Positions 9,604 to 19,614 of a DNA stretch of 64,000 nt are shown piece after piece. Location: contig OY760183.1 in the NCBI GenBank assembly GCA_963663275.1, positions 2,496,001-2,560,000 on the forward strand. Direction: 5' to 3'. Source of the DNA: Chloroflexota bacterium. Its GTDB lineage: Bacteria; Chloroflexota; UBA11872; VXOZ01. How positions within the stretch are numbered: position 1 is the stretch's first letter; each line of letters begins with the position of its first letter. The position numbers and the translations under genes are program-made. The notes beneath the pieces were generated by a model. It saw only the letters and a program-made list of their open reading frames with translations. It searched no databases and was not told the DNA's origin.

Positions 9604-10689
9604 CTACTCCCGCGCGTCGGGGTACAGCAGCGGACGCAACTCTTCCATGGCTTGAATTACGCGCGGGCCGGGGTACAGCATGAATAGCCACTCGGATAGT
9701 TCGTGCACGCGCCCTTCCTGGACGGCGCGCAATCCCTCCCAAGCCGGATTTGCGTACAACTCGGTAAAGTCCGCTTCGCGCGCGTCACTCGGGCTCGCAT
9801 GGCGAACTACCAAGATTATGTCTGGATCCCGTTCTACCACTTTCTCCAAACTAAAGGGCGTAAAGCCCGGTTGCGGCACGCCGCGATACGCGTATGGTGG
9901 ATCGCCTTCAGTAGCCAAACGCCCGCGCAAACGCGCGACGATGTCTCCCAAATAGGACTTAGCGGTGAATGCCAGGAACGCCTCGCTGGTGCCGAAGACG
10001 CCAATGACAACCGGACCATCTGCCGGCAGGCCTTGCTGCTGCTCCGCTATCTTCTCTTCCAGCGCCGCACGGGCCTTCCGGGCCTCGTCTTCGCAACCGG
10101 CCAGAGCGCCGAAGACTTCCATCTTTTCCAATATGCCCTCAACGCTGCTTAAGTCAAAGATCAACACGGGAATTCCGAGCGCGGCCTGAACCGGCCCGGC
10201 AAACCTGGCAAACGTCGGCGAGGTGAGAAGCACGTCCGGCCGCGCCGCCGCCAACTGCTCCAGATTGGGGCCGGCGGAATGGTTGATGGCAACTACCGGA
10301 ATGTCCTGCGCCTCAGGCGGATAGATGTACTCCTCCGGAATCTGCGGCCTCGCAACCGGGGTGTGGCCGCAGGTCAGCAGCAACTCGACCATCCAGGCGT
10401 CAGTCACGGCGATGCGCAGCGGCCCGCCGGGAATTTCCACCTGTCTGCGGGTGTCATCCGTCACCGTGCGCGGGGCCGGTCCCGCCTCTGTTTCGGAATC
10501 GGCAGGCGGCGCCGGTTTCTCAGTGGACGCCTCTTCCTGCGACGCCGCGGGCGCGGGCGCCGTGCCGGCCGTTCCATAGGCGCAAGACGCGCCCAGCAGA
10601 ATCAGCGCAACGCCGGCGAGCGCCAACAGGAAGATCGTTCTTCCGATTCGTTTCACAGCGTTCCGCGGTCGTTCGTTCCTGGCTGACAT
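9604..10689 (-). CDS. Iron-complex/cobalamin-type ABC substrate-binding lipoprotein
   Basis: Signal with LGASC lipobox; TVTDDT, PNLEQLAAARPDVLL, SLEKVVERDPDII, PAWEGLRAVQEGRVH, PGPR. Confidence 0.88.
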   Translation of the reverse strand: MSARNERPRNAVKRIGRTIFLLALAGVALILLGASCAYGTAGTAPAPAASQEEASTEKPAPPADSETEAGPAPRTVTDDTRRQVEIPGGPLRIAVTDAWMVELLLTCGHTPVARPQIPEEYIYPPEAQDIPVVAINHSAGPNLEQLAAARPDVLLTSPTFARFAGPVQAALGIPVLIFDLSSVEGILEKMEVFGALAGCEDEARKARAALEEKIAEQQQGLPADGPVVIGVFGTSEAFLAFTAKSYLGDIVARLRGRLATEGDPPYAYRGVPQPGFTPFSLEKVVERDPDIILVVRHASPSDAREADFTELYANPAWEGLRAVQEGRVHELSEWLFMLYPGPRVIQAMEELRPLLYPDARE

Positions 10690-10873
10690 CGATACGTAGC
10701 CTCCTTAGATACAGTAAACGATGTGGCTGTCGCTGACTACGGTCATTCCTTCCAAATCTGACGAAAAGTGAAAATATGCAGAGCAATGAAGCAATTACCT
10801 CCTGTGGCAATCGCCCTGCATTCGCGATCTGTTGAATCGTGCGGGAACATCGGCGCGCAGGCGCCGGCCCGGC

Positions 10874-11386
10874 TCAGTCTCCCGGCGCCGGCAGTGAGTC
10901 CGCGTCCGGTTCCGAGTGATGGTCTTCACTGAAAGCCTCGTGGAACACCTTGGGTATCTCCACGCCGCTTTGTTGTGAATCCGGCCCAGCGGCCTCGCGC
11001 GATTCTCCCTTGCTGACGTAGATAGGCAGTTGCAGGTGCAGGGCGAGCGCGATAAGCTCGACCGCATCCGCGCGGATCCACACGGCGCGTCCGTCTTTGG
11101 ACAGGGAAATCGCGGCGCTGGCGCCGCACCCGTCATCCTTGGTGAGAAGCACCGCCTCAAGCGCCCCGCCAAGTTGCTTCACGCACGCGAGCAACATGTT
11201 ATAGAGCGGACACCGGTCATTCAGCCCATGCGCTTCCAAGGCCAAGACCCCCGCCTTATGCCAGGGGAGATTGAGCGTGATCTCCTCCCTGCTTTCCGTC
11301 GCCTCCATGAGCAAGACGGTTTGCTGGGATGCTGTGTCCTTATAGAGCCGCGTAACCGCAACACGTTGCACCGCAAGGCCTCCCAC
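10874..11386 (-). CDS. Bifunctional nuclease (DUF151) family protein, divergent motifs
   Basis: Pattern VLLME...LNLP...ALEAHG...RCPLYNML...DAVELIALALHLQLPIYV resembles DUF151 (canonical RP.THDL, DARPSDAIALA...PIYV). Confidence 0.65.
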   Translation of the reverse strand: MGGLAVQRVAVTRLYKDTASQQTVLLMEATESREEITLNLPWHKAGVLALEAHGLNDRCPLYNMLLACVKQLGGALEAVLLTKDDGCGASAAISLSKDGRAVWIRADAVELIALALHLQLPIYVSKGESREAAGPDSQQSGVEIPKVFHEAFSEDHHSEPDADSLPAPGD

Positions 11387-11442
11387 AGTCCTGAACCCGC
11401 ACTGCGCGCCGCTCAGGACTACACTGCAATCGACTCACGCTG

Positions 11443-11486
11443 AGTTAATGCGCATTAACTATAGTGAAGTCCAATTACTGCGTCAA
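11443..11486 (-). promoter_or_regulatory. Sigma70-type promoter overlapped by perfect 18-bp palindrome AGTTAATGCGCATTAACT (candidate DtxR/MntR operator)
   Basis: Minus strand TTGACG (11486-11481), 17 bp, TATAGT (11463-11458); palindrome 11443-11460 overlaps the -10/+1 region. Confidence 0.8.
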
Positions 11487-11752
11487 GGGCTCGCGCCCGC
11501 TTTGACGGGAATTGAGGAAAGGCGCTTCAAGAGTCTCTTTCAGGCGCGGGGAAAGTGCCGAGACGCTGTCTCTGAGCCGTGGTTGCCTGGCTCGTTGCAT
11601 GAGAAGGCAACGCCAGCACGCGCAACGCGGTTAGAGATGAGGCCGCTCCAACGCGAGAGAAACTTCCGCGAGGCGCGGCAATGCGCTGGCCTGCCGGCTG
11701 CCGGGCAGCCAAGCGGAAGCCGCCAGGGGGCGGCGCGTTGCGGGGCATCGAC

Positions 11753-12454
11753 TTAGGTTACGGGACCGGAAACGCGGATGCACTGCGCCCACCGCGCGGG
11801 TACGTCGACCGTCCGCTGCCTTACCTCCAGCGTCAGATGTCCGCCTCTCAGGTCGATCTCTTCGACCGTAACCGGCGACCCCGGCAAGAGTCCATGGTCG
11901 TGGGCAAAGTGGAGAAGATCGTTCTCGTCTTCGCCCTCTTCCGTGATGCGCAGGAGGGTTACGCGTTCCCCTTCCAGCGTCTCCGTCAACTTGCGCGCTC
12001 CCAGCAGCCGCTCCTCGTCGGGCGAACCGGGGAACGGATTGCCGTGGGGGCACGTGGTCGGATGGCCGAGGCTTTCATACAAATAAGCCTCGAGCTTGGG
12101 AGAGAGCGAATGCTCCAGGCGCTCCGCCTCATCGTCGGCGTCGGCCCAATCGAAGCCCAAGGTATCGACCAAGAGCCGCTCGATCAAGTAGTGCCTGCGG
12201 ATAATCGACTCGGCGATTCTGCGTCCCTCGGGCGTCAACTGCACGCCCCAGTCCTGGTCGATCACGGCCAGGCCCTGCCGCTCCATGCGCTGGAACGCCT
12301 GCGTTACCGCCGAGGCGGAAACCCCCAGGCGCTGCGCCAAGCGCGAGCCAACGACCCGAGACTCTTCCCGCAACATGGTGTACACGCGAATCAGGTATTC
12401 GCCTTGCACCGAACTCATTTCCGTCTGAGCGGGTTTTTGCGACATTGTTCCCAA
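11753..12454 (-). CDS. DtxR/MntR-family metal-dependent repressor with C-terminal FeoA-like domain
   Basis: EYLIRVY, HTH LAQRLGVSASAVT, RRHYLIERLL, EAERLEHSLS, PTTCPHGNPFP. Confidence 0.92.
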   Translation of the reverse strand: MGTMSQKPAQTEMSSVQGEYLIRVYTMLREESRVVGSRLAQRLGVSASAVTQAFQRMERQGLAVIDQDWGVQLTPEGRRIAESIIRRHYLIERLLVDTLGFDWADADDEAERLEHSLSPKLEAYLYESLGHPTTCPHGNPFPGSPDEERLLGARKLTETLEGERVTLLRITEEGEDENDLLHFAHDHGLLPGSPVTVEEIDLRGGHLTLEVRQRTVDVPARWAQCIRVSGPVT

Positions 12455-12576
12455 CCTACGCAGTCAGTTTTCTTCCGCTGTACCTATCCTACACCATTGC
12501 GCGCATGCCCTATAGTGCGGGGCCGGCTCTGGTGAAGATCTTTACTCTCCGTCATAGTCCGCGAGACCGGTCATGC

Positions 12577-13026
12577 CTAGAAGGAGGGGAGTCTCCCCAA
12601 AGACTCGGTGAACGACTGGAAGACCATAATCGGTATCGAAAAGAGGCCGGCCATCCAGCCGAGGAAGAGGCCGTTGCGCAGATTGAATGTCTCCGCCCCT
12701 TCCTTAATGGATAGCGCCAGCGCAATCGGCAAGAAAGACAAGAACAGCCCGCCGATGAGCACGAACAAGGCGTAGTCCTCGGCGGAACCGCCGATGAGGC
12801 GGTCCAGGTTCAGAAGCGGCCGGGTCGGTTGCGTAAACCGCTCCAGTTGGGGCACGACGTTCAGGAGCAAGACGCCAAGCGACCACAGCCACGTGGTGGA
12901 GCCCACCGCGCTGCACATCACGCCTCCCACCAAACCGCCGAGAAAACCCAAGGGATCATTCTCTTGGACCTGATGCTCAGGCCGGTGGTCGGGCAGTCTT
13001 TGGGGTCCTTCTTCGGTCTTAGCCAT
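12577..13026 (-). CDS. Hypothetical membrane protein (about 3 TM)
   Basis: Hydrophobic segments; fills the gap between neighbouring genes; no recognisable motif. Confidence 0.6.
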   Translation of the reverse strand: MAKTEEGPQRLPDHRPEHQVQENDPLGFLGGLVGGVMCSAVGSTTWLWSLGVLLLNVVPQLERFTQPTRPLLNLDRLIGGSAEDYALFVLIGGLFLSFLPIALALSIKEGAETFNLRNGLFLGWMAGLFSIPIMVFQSFTESLGRLPSF

Positions 13027-13183
13027 GGGTCGCGCCGCCGAAACCGATTGCGAATAGTCTACCTATTCATTATTGTACCGCTGCCGCCGCGTCCGCGTCC
13101 AAGCGGGTAGCCCGCCGCCCGGTAGTGGTATACTAATCGGCGGACACCTACCCACCCTAGCTGTACTATCCCTGGTTAGAATT

Positions 13184-14278
13184 GTGCAACCGGCTACCGG
13201 CACACTCTTGCTTGCGCTGCTTTCCGCCGCGGCGCTGGCCCTGCTTCTCACCGCCGCGGCGCGGCGGCTGGCCTGGCGTCTGGACTGGCTGGACCAGCCC
13301 GGGGAAGGGCGCGTGCACGACAAGCCGGTGCCGCGCATCGGCGGTCTCGCCATTTTCGCCTCGTTTACGCTCATTCTGCTGGTGACGATCGGGCTGCGCG
13401 AGGACTTGATGCTCGATGGGAAGTTCCTCGGTTTGCTGCTGGGCGCGGGCCTCATCACATTGGTGATGCTGGTAGACGATGTGCGCGGGCTGCCGCCGCT
13501 GCCCAAGTTCGTTGCCCAAATCGGGGCGGCCGCAATCGCTATCGGGTTTGGCGTCTCCATCGAGTTCATTCGCGACCCCTTTGGCGGGAACGTCGCTTTC
13601 CCCGATTGGCTTGCCAGTTCGATAGAAGGGCACATCTTCTTCCCGGTGTGGCTGGCGATTCCGATTACGCTCTTCTGGATCGTGGGCATGATGAACGCCA
13701 TCAATTTCGTGGACGGCTACGACGGCCTGGCCGGAGGGCTCTCGTTCATCGGCGCCGGCGTGCTCTTCTTCCTCAGCATGTCGTTGCAGCAGTTCAGCAT
13801 TGCCTTCCTGCCGCTTATCCTGGCCGGAGCGATACTTGGCTTTCTGCCCTTCAACGTGTACCGCGCGCGCATCATCATGGGCGACAGCGGTGCGCACTTC
13901 CTGGGCTTCGCCTTGGGCACGATCGCCATCATCGGCGGCGCAAAGTTAGCCACTACCTTGCTGATCTTCGGCGTACCGGCCATCGACGTGGCGTGGTCGA
14001 TCATCCGCCGCACATTGCAGGGCGGCCGCTTCTACCGCCGGGACACCAGCCACCTGCATCACCGCCTGGCAGAGCTTGGACTGCCGCCGCTGGGCATCGC
14101 CGTCGTCTATTGGTCGCTCTCCGCGATACTCGGCGCGATTGCGTTGCTGCTCCCCACGCCCGTGCAGAAGATGTACGCGCTCGGCATTGTCGGTGTCGTC
14201 GTGGCCGCCGTGCTCATCGTCATCGCGCGCAGCGGCAAGGCCAAAGCGCCGCCGGTTTCCGCTCCTAAGGAGAAATGA
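13184..14278 (+). CDS. MraY/WecA/TagO-family polyprenyl-phosphate GlcNAc-1-phosphate transferase
   Basis: HDKPVPRIGGLAI, LVDD, NAINFVDGYDGLAG, IMGDSGA, DTSHLHHRL; start at GTG 13184. Confidence 0.9.
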   Translation: MQPATGTLLLALLSAAALALLLTAAARRLAWRLDWLDQPGEGRVHDKPVPRIGGLAIFASFTLILLVTIGLREDLMLDGKFLGLLLGAGLITLVMLVDDVRGLPPLPKFVAQIGAAAIAIGFGVSIEFIRDPFGGNVAFPDWLASSIEGHIFFPVWLAIPITLFWIVGMMNAINFVDGYDGLAGGLSFIGAGVLFFLSMSLQQFSIAFLPLILAGAILGFLPFNVYRARIIMGDSGAHFLGFALGTIAIIGGAKLATTLLIFGVPAIDVAWSIIRRTLQGGRFYRRDTSHLHHRLAELGLPPLGIAVVYWSLSAILGAIALLLPTPVQKMYALGIVGVVVAAVLIVIARSGKAKAPPVSAPKEK

Positions 14279-15279
14279 TGCGTTACCGCGTCCTGATTAC
14301 GGACTACGTCTGGCCGACGCTCGACCGGGAACGGGCCGTGCTCGAGCCGCTGGGCGTGGAGTTGGTTCCGTCGCCCAGCGGGGACGAAGCGACGTTGGCA
14401 GGGCTGGCCGGGGACGGCGTAGACGGCATCATGACCTGCTTTGCCGACGTAACGCCGGCGGTGGTGCGCGCTTCCGCTCGCCTGAAGGTCGTGGCGCGCT
14501 ACGGCATCGGCGTGGACAACATCGCCGTGGACGTTGCCACCGGCCGCGGCGCGGTGGTAACGAACGTGCCGGACTACTGCGTCGAGGAAGTCGCCGAGCA
14601 CGCCCTCGCGCTCATGCTCGCCTGCGCCCGCCGCCTGACGCGCTACGACCGGGCCGCGCGCGCCGGCCGCTGGAACAGCAAAGAAGGCATGCCGCTCTAT
14701 CGCGTGCAGGGCAAGACGCTCGGCATCGTCGGCTTTGGGCAGACCGGCAGGCGGCTGGCGGTCAAAGCGCAGGCGTTGGGGCTGAACGTCCTCGCCCACG
14801 GGCCCCGCCTGGCGCCCGGCGAGGCAGAGGACTTGGGCTGCAAGGCGGTTAGCCTCTCAGAACTTTTGCGCAGTGCCGATTTCGTCAGCCTGCATCTCCC
14901 CCTGACGCCGCGGACGGCGCGGATGTTCGACCGCGAGCGCTTCGGCCAGATGAAGCCCGGCGCGATTTTCATCAACACGGCGCGCGGCGGCCTGGTAGAG
15001 AGTGCGGCGCTGGCAGAGGCGCTGGCAACCGGGCACGTCGCCGCCGCCGGCATCGACGTGCTGCCCCAGGAGCCGCCGGACGTGGACGAGCCGCTTTTGC
15101 GGCAAGAGAACCTCATCGCCACCCCGCACGTCGCGTTCTACAGCGAGGAGTCGTTGGCGGAACTCCAAATCCGCACGGCCCAGGCGGTCGCGCACGTTTT
15201 GCAAGGCGCCATGCCGGAGAGCGTCGTCAATCCGGCGGTCCTGGAGCGCGTAACGCTGCGGGCAGGCAAGAATTCTTGA
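14275..15279 (+). CDS. D-isomer-specific 2-hydroxyacid dehydrogenase (CtBP/SerA-like)
   Basis: RYGIGVDNI, NVPDYCVEEVAEHA, GIVGFGQTG, INTARGGLV, TPHVAFYS. Confidence 0.9.
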   Translation: MMRYRVLITDYVWPTLDRERAVLEPLGVELVPSPSGDEATLAGLAGDGVDGIMTCFADVTPAVVRASARLKVVARYGIGVDNIAVDVATGRGAVVTNVPDYCVEEVAEHALALMLACARRLTRYDRAARAGRWNSKEGMPLYRVQGKTLGIVGFGQTGRRLAVKAQALGLNVLAHGPRLAPGEAEDLGCKAVSLSELLRSADFVSLHLPLTPRTARMFDRERFGQMKPGAIFINTARGGLVESAALAEALATGHVAAAGIDVLPQEPPDVDEPLLRQENLIATPHVAFYSEESLAELQIRTAQAVAHVLQGAMPESVVNPAVLERVTLRAGKNS

Positions 15280-15306
15280 AGTATGCGCTGGAAGCGAGCA
15301 GAAACC

Positions 15307-16143
15307 ATGTATGACTTTGCGGGAAAGGTAGCCGTCGTCACCGGCGGCGCGCTCGGCATCGGCGGCGCGACCGCCAGGCGGCTGGCGGCCGACGGCGCGC
15401 GCGTGCTCATCGCCGACATCGATGAGGCGGCTGCCGGAGAGAATGCGTCCAGGATCCGCGAAGCGGGCGGTGAAGCCGACGTGGTGCGGGCGGACGTGGG
15501 CTGCCACGCCGACGTGCGCGCGACGATCGACCGCGCCGTAGAGAAGTGGGGGCGGTTGGACATTCTGGTAAACAACGCCTACTCCCCCACGGCAGCGCAC
15601 GACACCGACATCCCCGAGACGACCGAGGAAGCCTGGGACTCCGGCTTGGCGATTATGGCGAAGGCGCTCTTTCTTGCAACCAAGTACGCCGTTCCGCACA
15701 TGGCAGAGAACGGCGGCGGCGCCATCATCAACATCTCGTCGGTGCACGGCCTGCTGCAAGCGCCCGGCTTCCTCGTCTATGAAGCGAGCAAGAGCGCCGT
15801 CATCGGCATGACGCGCCAGATGGCCGTAGAGCTCGGCCCGCGCGGCATTCGCGTCAACGCCATCTGCCCGGGCCACATCGTGACCGAAAACATCCAGGCG
15901 CACATGTGGGACGACAACCCCAGCGGCTACGCCTTTTTCGAAGAGCAGTATCCGCTGCGGCGCTGCGGCAAGACGGATGATATCGCCAACGCCATCGCCT
16001 TTCTCTGTTCCGACCAGGCGAGTTTCATCACCGGCCACGCCCTGGTGGTGGACGGCGGCCTGAGCATCCAGTTGCAGGAGAACCTGGGCGTGCGCCTGGC
16101 GCGGTACGTGCAGGAAAATCCCGAGACGAAGTTGCCGTACTAG
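15307..16143 (+). CDS. Short-chain dehydrogenase/reductase (SDR)
   Basis: TGGALGIG, LVNNA, NISSVHG, YEASK, IRVNAICPG. Confidence 0.92.
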   Translation: MYDFAGKVAVVTGGALGIGGATARRLAADGARVLIADIDEAAAGENASRIREAGGEADVVRADVGCHADVRATIDRAVEKWGRLDILVNNAYSPTAAHDTDIPETTEEAWDSGLAIMAKALFLATKYAVPHMAENGGGAIINISSVHGLLQAPGFLVYEASKSAVIGMTRQMAVELGPRGIRVNAICPGHIVTENIQAHMWDDNPSGYAFFEEQYPLRRCGKTDDIANAIAFLCSDQASFITGHALVVDGGLSIQLQENLGVRLARYVQENPETKLPY

Positions 16144-16157
16144 GATTCTTGCCCGAT

Positions 16158-16278
16158 ACGGACTATGCGGTTGATAACAAGAAGCGGGGGACAAGCCCCC
16201 GCGCTACGGCGTGCCAGGACGGATTATGCGATTCAAACAAGAAGCGGGGGACAAGCCCCCGCGCTACGGTGTGGCAGG
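16158..16278. repeat. Two tandem ~60-bp units, each containing a GTAG-family REP-like palindrome GCGGGGGACAAGCCCCCGCGCTAC (16184-16207, 16244-16267)
   Basis: Reverse complement reads GTAGCGCGGGGGCTTGTCCCCCGC; same element at 35691, 48599 and 48712. Confidence 0.85.
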
Positions 16279-16336
16279 AATGATCGAGTGTTTACCTTGA
16301 TTCGGATCGCAATTCTTGCGCGGGAGTAAACGTAGC

Positions 16337-17464
16337 ATGGATACACCGCCGCGAATCGGCTTGATTGGCATCGGGCAGCGCGGCCTGCAACACCTGGAGG
16401 CGCTCTGGCGCTTGCAGGAGATGGGCCTCGCGCGCATTGCCGCGCTGGCCGACGCGCACGAGCCGAACCTCGATGAAGCGAAGATCCGCCGCTTCGTGCC
16501 CGGCTATCGGCAGGACGAAATTCGCCGGTACGCGGCGTTCGACGCGCTCATGGCCCACGAGGAGCTTGACGCGCTCTACGTGTGCATACCGCCGAACCTC
16601 CACGACGGCGAGGTCATCGCCGCCGCCGAGCGCGGCCTGAACCTCTTCGTGGAAAAGCCCATGAGCCTCGACCTGGCCGAAGCGCAGGCCATGAACGCCG
16701 CCATTGCGCGCAGCGGCGTCATTGCCGCCGTCGGTTTCCAGCAACGTTACGACGCCTGGAACGCCGCCATGCGCGGCTACTTGCGCGGCAAGCGCGTCGT
16801 GATGGCAACCATAGTTCGCACCAGCAGCATCGAGAGCCATGCCGTCAAACACACGCCGACGGAAGCGCTCGGCGGCCCGGCCGGCCGGATCTGGACGGCC
16901 AATCGCGCCTGGTCCGGCGGCAGCGTGGTGGAAGCGGGCATTCACCAGACCGACCTGCTGCGCTACTGGTGCGGTGAGATCGAGACGGTCCAGGCGCGCT
17001 ACGTGCAGCGCGGCTCCGAACTCGCGGCGACCGAGGGCGACAATCCGCTGGCATATAGCGTGACCTACACGTTCGCGAATGGGGCGGTGGGACACCTCAT
17101 CATGTCGCGCTTGGCGCGGGTCTTTCATCAAGATGACTACATGCACGTCCTCTGGGACCACGGCCACCTGGGATTGGAACCGTCGGGGCCGGTGGCGTAC
17201 TTCCATGAGGGCGCGTACCCGCCCGCGGCGCGGCCCGCCGCAGACGCCTTGCGCCACCCACTGCCCGTGGGCGCACGGGGCGATTCGACCCTGGAGATAA
17301 GCCGGGCGTTCCTCCAAGCGGTTGCGCGGGCCGACCCCGCCCTCGTGCGCAGCCCGTTCGCGGACGCGATGGGCAGCCTGGCGGCGGTGCTGGGGGCGAA
17401 TCTCTCCGCCGCCCGCGGCGGCGAAACGGTTTCCACTGCGGAACTGCTGCGTGATTCCGGCTGA
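16337..17464 (+). CDS. Gfo/Idh/MocA family oxidoreductase
   Basis: IGLIGIGQRG, FVEKPM, VGFQQRY, EAGIHQTDL. Confidence 0.9.
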   Translation: MDTPPRIGLIGIGQRGLQHLEALWRLQEMGLARIAALADAHEPNLDEAKIRRFVPGYRQDEIRRYAAFDALMAHEELDALYVCIPPNLHDGEVIAAAERGLNLFVEKPMSLDLAEAQAMNAAIARSGVIAAVGFQQRYDAWNAAMRGYLRGKRVVMATIVRTSSIESHAVKHTPTEALGGPAGRIWTANRAWSGGSVVEAGIHQTDLLRYWCGEIETVQARYVQRGSELAATEGDNPLAYSVTYTFANGAVGHLIMSRLARVFHQDDYMHVLWDHGHLGLEPSGPVAYFHEGAYPPAARPAADALRHPLPVGARGDSTLEISRAFLQAVARADPALVRSPFADAMGSLAAVLGANLSAARGGETVSTAELLRDSG

Positions 17465-17548
17465 AGACCGGCAATTAAACCGGAGATTCGCCCGGTTTTG
17501 TAGACAAAGCCAAGAGATTGTGAAATAATGCACATGCGCGTGGACGCT

Positions 17549-17577
17549 TTGAGGCAAGCAAGAGCGTATGCTATACT
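17549..17577 (+). promoter_or_regulatory. Putative sigma70 promoter of the atp operon
   Basis: TTGAGG, 17 bp, TATACT with extended TG. Confidence 0.55.
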
Positions 17578-17600
17578 TGCTTGACGCGCAGAGGACGACC

Positions 17601-17828
17601 ATGCCGCCGCAGTCCAAGAAGCGCATAGAGATCGGGCCCCTGCGAGCGGGGATGTACGCGCTCCAATTTGGATTTGTGGTTGGCGGGTTCATGCTCGGCG
17701 GCATTTGGGCCGGCAACTACCTGGACGAACGGTTGGGCACGTCGCCGTTGCTCGTCATCGTAGGGATGCTCGTGGGGCTGCTGTTTAGCGCGGGAACGCT
17801 GTACCAGCTTTTTCGCATGCAGATTTAG
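17601..17828 (+). CDS. AtpZ/AtpI family (ATP synthase gene 1) protein
   Basis: GIWAGNYLDERLGTSPLLVIVGMLVG motif; first gene of the atp operon; exact start uncertain. Confidence 0.8.
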   Translation: MPPQSKKRIEIGPLRAGMYALQFGFVVGGFMLGGIWAGNYLDERLGTSPLLVIVGMLVGLLFSAGTLYQLFRMQI

Positions 17829-17836
17829 GCAGGGCT

Positions 17837-18604
17837 ATGGATTTCCTGGAAGTCATTGGCTTCAAAGGGCTGCACATCTCGCTGGCGGCCGAGCCGCTCT
17901 TCCACATCGGTCCCATTACCATTACCAATACCATCTTCACGGCGTGGATCGTCATGGCGCTCCTCATCGTCGTCTCGTTCGTTGCCACGCGCAAGATGCA
18001 GGTCGTGCCCAGCGGCCTGCAGAACTTCGGCGAAGCCATTGTGGAGATGCTCTACGACATCGTCGAGAGCGTCCTCGGCGCGCGGGCGCGGATCGTCTTT
18101 CCCATCATCGCCACCTTCTTCATCTACATCGTCGTTGCTAATTGGATGGGACTCCTGCCGGGCTTCAACAGCCTCGGCGTCTGGGGAGACGACGGCAAGG
18201 GCCACGAGATCTTCATACCCATCTTCCGCGCCGCCAACAGCGACCTCAACATGACCATCGGCATGGCGCTCATCGCCTTCATTCTCATTCACGCCGGCGG
18301 CATCATCGTCCACAAGCCGCTCGGTTACCTCAAGCACCTGGCGGGCCCGCTGCCGATACTCATCCTGATCAACGTCGCGATTGAGTCGTTTGTGCCGGTG
18401 TCGCTCTCCGTGCGGCTCTTCGGCAACATCTTTGCCGGTGAAGTCTTGCTCCTGGTCATGCGCATGCCGGTAGTCGGCGCCGCATTCATGGTATTGGAGG
18501 TGCTGTTCGGTCTCATTCAGGCGCTCATCTTCACCATGCTTTCGTTGATTTTCCTCGGCCTCGCCATGAGCGGCGAACACGAACATGAGGAGGCCCACGC
18601 ATAG
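17837..18604 (+). CDS. atpB: F0F1 ATP synthase subunit a
   Basis: VPSGLQN, ANWMGLLPG, SLSVRLFGNIFAGE (essential Arg), IQALIFTML. Confidence 0.95.
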   Translation: MDFLEVIGFKGLHISLAAEPLFHIGPITITNTIFTAWIVMALLIVVSFVATRKMQVVPSGLQNFGEAIVEMLYDIVESVLGARARIVFPIIATFFIYIVVANWMGLLPGFNSLGVWGDDGKGHEIFIPIFRAANSDLNMTIGMALIAFILIHAGGIIVHKPLGYLKHLAGPLPILILINVAIESFVPVSLSVRLFGNIFAGEVLLLVMRMPVVGAAFMVLEVLFGLIQALIFTMLSLIFLGLAMSGEHEHEEAHA

Positions 18605-18679
18605 GGTTCAGTTTACGCGCGAGCAGTTGAGTAACACGTACCGATCCAGTAGCGATCACAGTAAGGAGAAGAGGAATCC

Positions 18680-18910
18680 ATGGAACCGGAATCTGCTGCA
18701 AAGTTGGCCGCGGGCATCGCGATGGGCGTCGGCGCCATTGGGCCCGGTCTCGGTATCGGCATCGCCGTGCGCGGCGCAATGGAGGCCATCGGGCGCAACC
18801 CGGAGGCCGCGAACGACGTCCGCAACACCCTGATTATCGGCGCGGGCCTGGCTGAGGCTATCGCCATCTACTCGTTGCTTACCGCAATCTTGCTGATCTT
18901 CCTGGGGTAA
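18680..18910 (+). CDS. atpE: ATP synthase subunit c
   Basis: GPGLGIG, IGRNPEA, LAEAIAIY. Confidence 0.96.
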   Translation: MEPESAAKLAAGIAMGVGAIGPGLGIGIAVRGAMEAIGRNPEAANDVRNTLIIGAGLAEAIAIYSLLTAILLIFLG

Positions 18911-19051
18911 CGCACAGCGGACGTGTGCCGGCGGCGGCACACAGACCCACGGCGCCTGCGTGAGGGACGGCTTCGCCGCAGACGGCGCCCGCGAGATTCG
19001 CAACGGTATCTCGCACGAGAACAAATACGGCAAAAGGGAGAAGGTTTCGCT

Positions 19052-19546
19052 ATGGGCGAGTTGGGCATCAACCCGACGTATCTCGCCTTCCAGATCATCA
19101 ATTTCCTGATCCTCGCTTTTCTGCTGCACCGCTTGCTCTACCGCCCCGTGCTCAACATGCTGGAGCAGCGCAGAGAGCGCATCCGGGAAGGCCAGGAGGC
19201 GGCGGAGCGCGCCCGGGCCGAGGCGGAGAACATGCGCCAGGAGCATGAGCGCCAACTCGAAGAGGCCCGCGCCCATGCCCGCCGGATCATCGAGGACGCT
19301 ACCGCCGCCGCGGAGCGCCTGCGCGAAGAGAGCGTCGCCAACGCCCAGCAGGAGGCGGAGCGCATTCTCGAACGGGGCCAGGAGCAACTCCGCGCGGATG
19401 TCACCCAGGCCCGCCGCGAATTGCGGCAGGAAGCCGCCGCGCTCTCGGTGGCGGTGGCCGGCAAGCTCATTCAGGAAAGCCTCGACTCTGAAAAGAACCG
19501 GCAGCTTGCCGCGCGTCTCGTTTCAGACTTGGATGACTCTTCCTAA
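19052..19546 (+). CDS. atpF: ATP synthase subunit b
   Basis: LGINP...QIINFLIL...LYRPVLNMLEQR followed by coiled coil. Confidence 0.93.
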   Translation: MGELGINPTYLAFQIINFLILAFLLHRLLYRPVLNMLEQRRERIREGQEAAERARAEAENMRQEHERQLEEARAHARRIIEDATAAAERLREESVANAQQEAERILERGQEQLRADVTQARRELRQEAAALSVAVAGKLIQESLDSEKNRQLAARLVSDLDDSS

Positions 19547-19614
19547 GAGCGGCATTCGTGGGTTGATTTCATGAGTAGTACCCGACACAGTCGCAGTTTT
19601 CAAGAGCAGGCTCC

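Noticed and set aside
10690-10873. Cobalamin riboswitch ahead of the FecCD-type ABC genes
   Set aside because: No B12-box or GGGAA/CCGCAACTG cores seen; DtxR-type control fits better.
18680-18910. Na+-translocating ATP synthase
   Set aside because: The c subunit has EAIAIY and lacks the Q...ES/T sodium-binding signature, consistent with H+ coupling.
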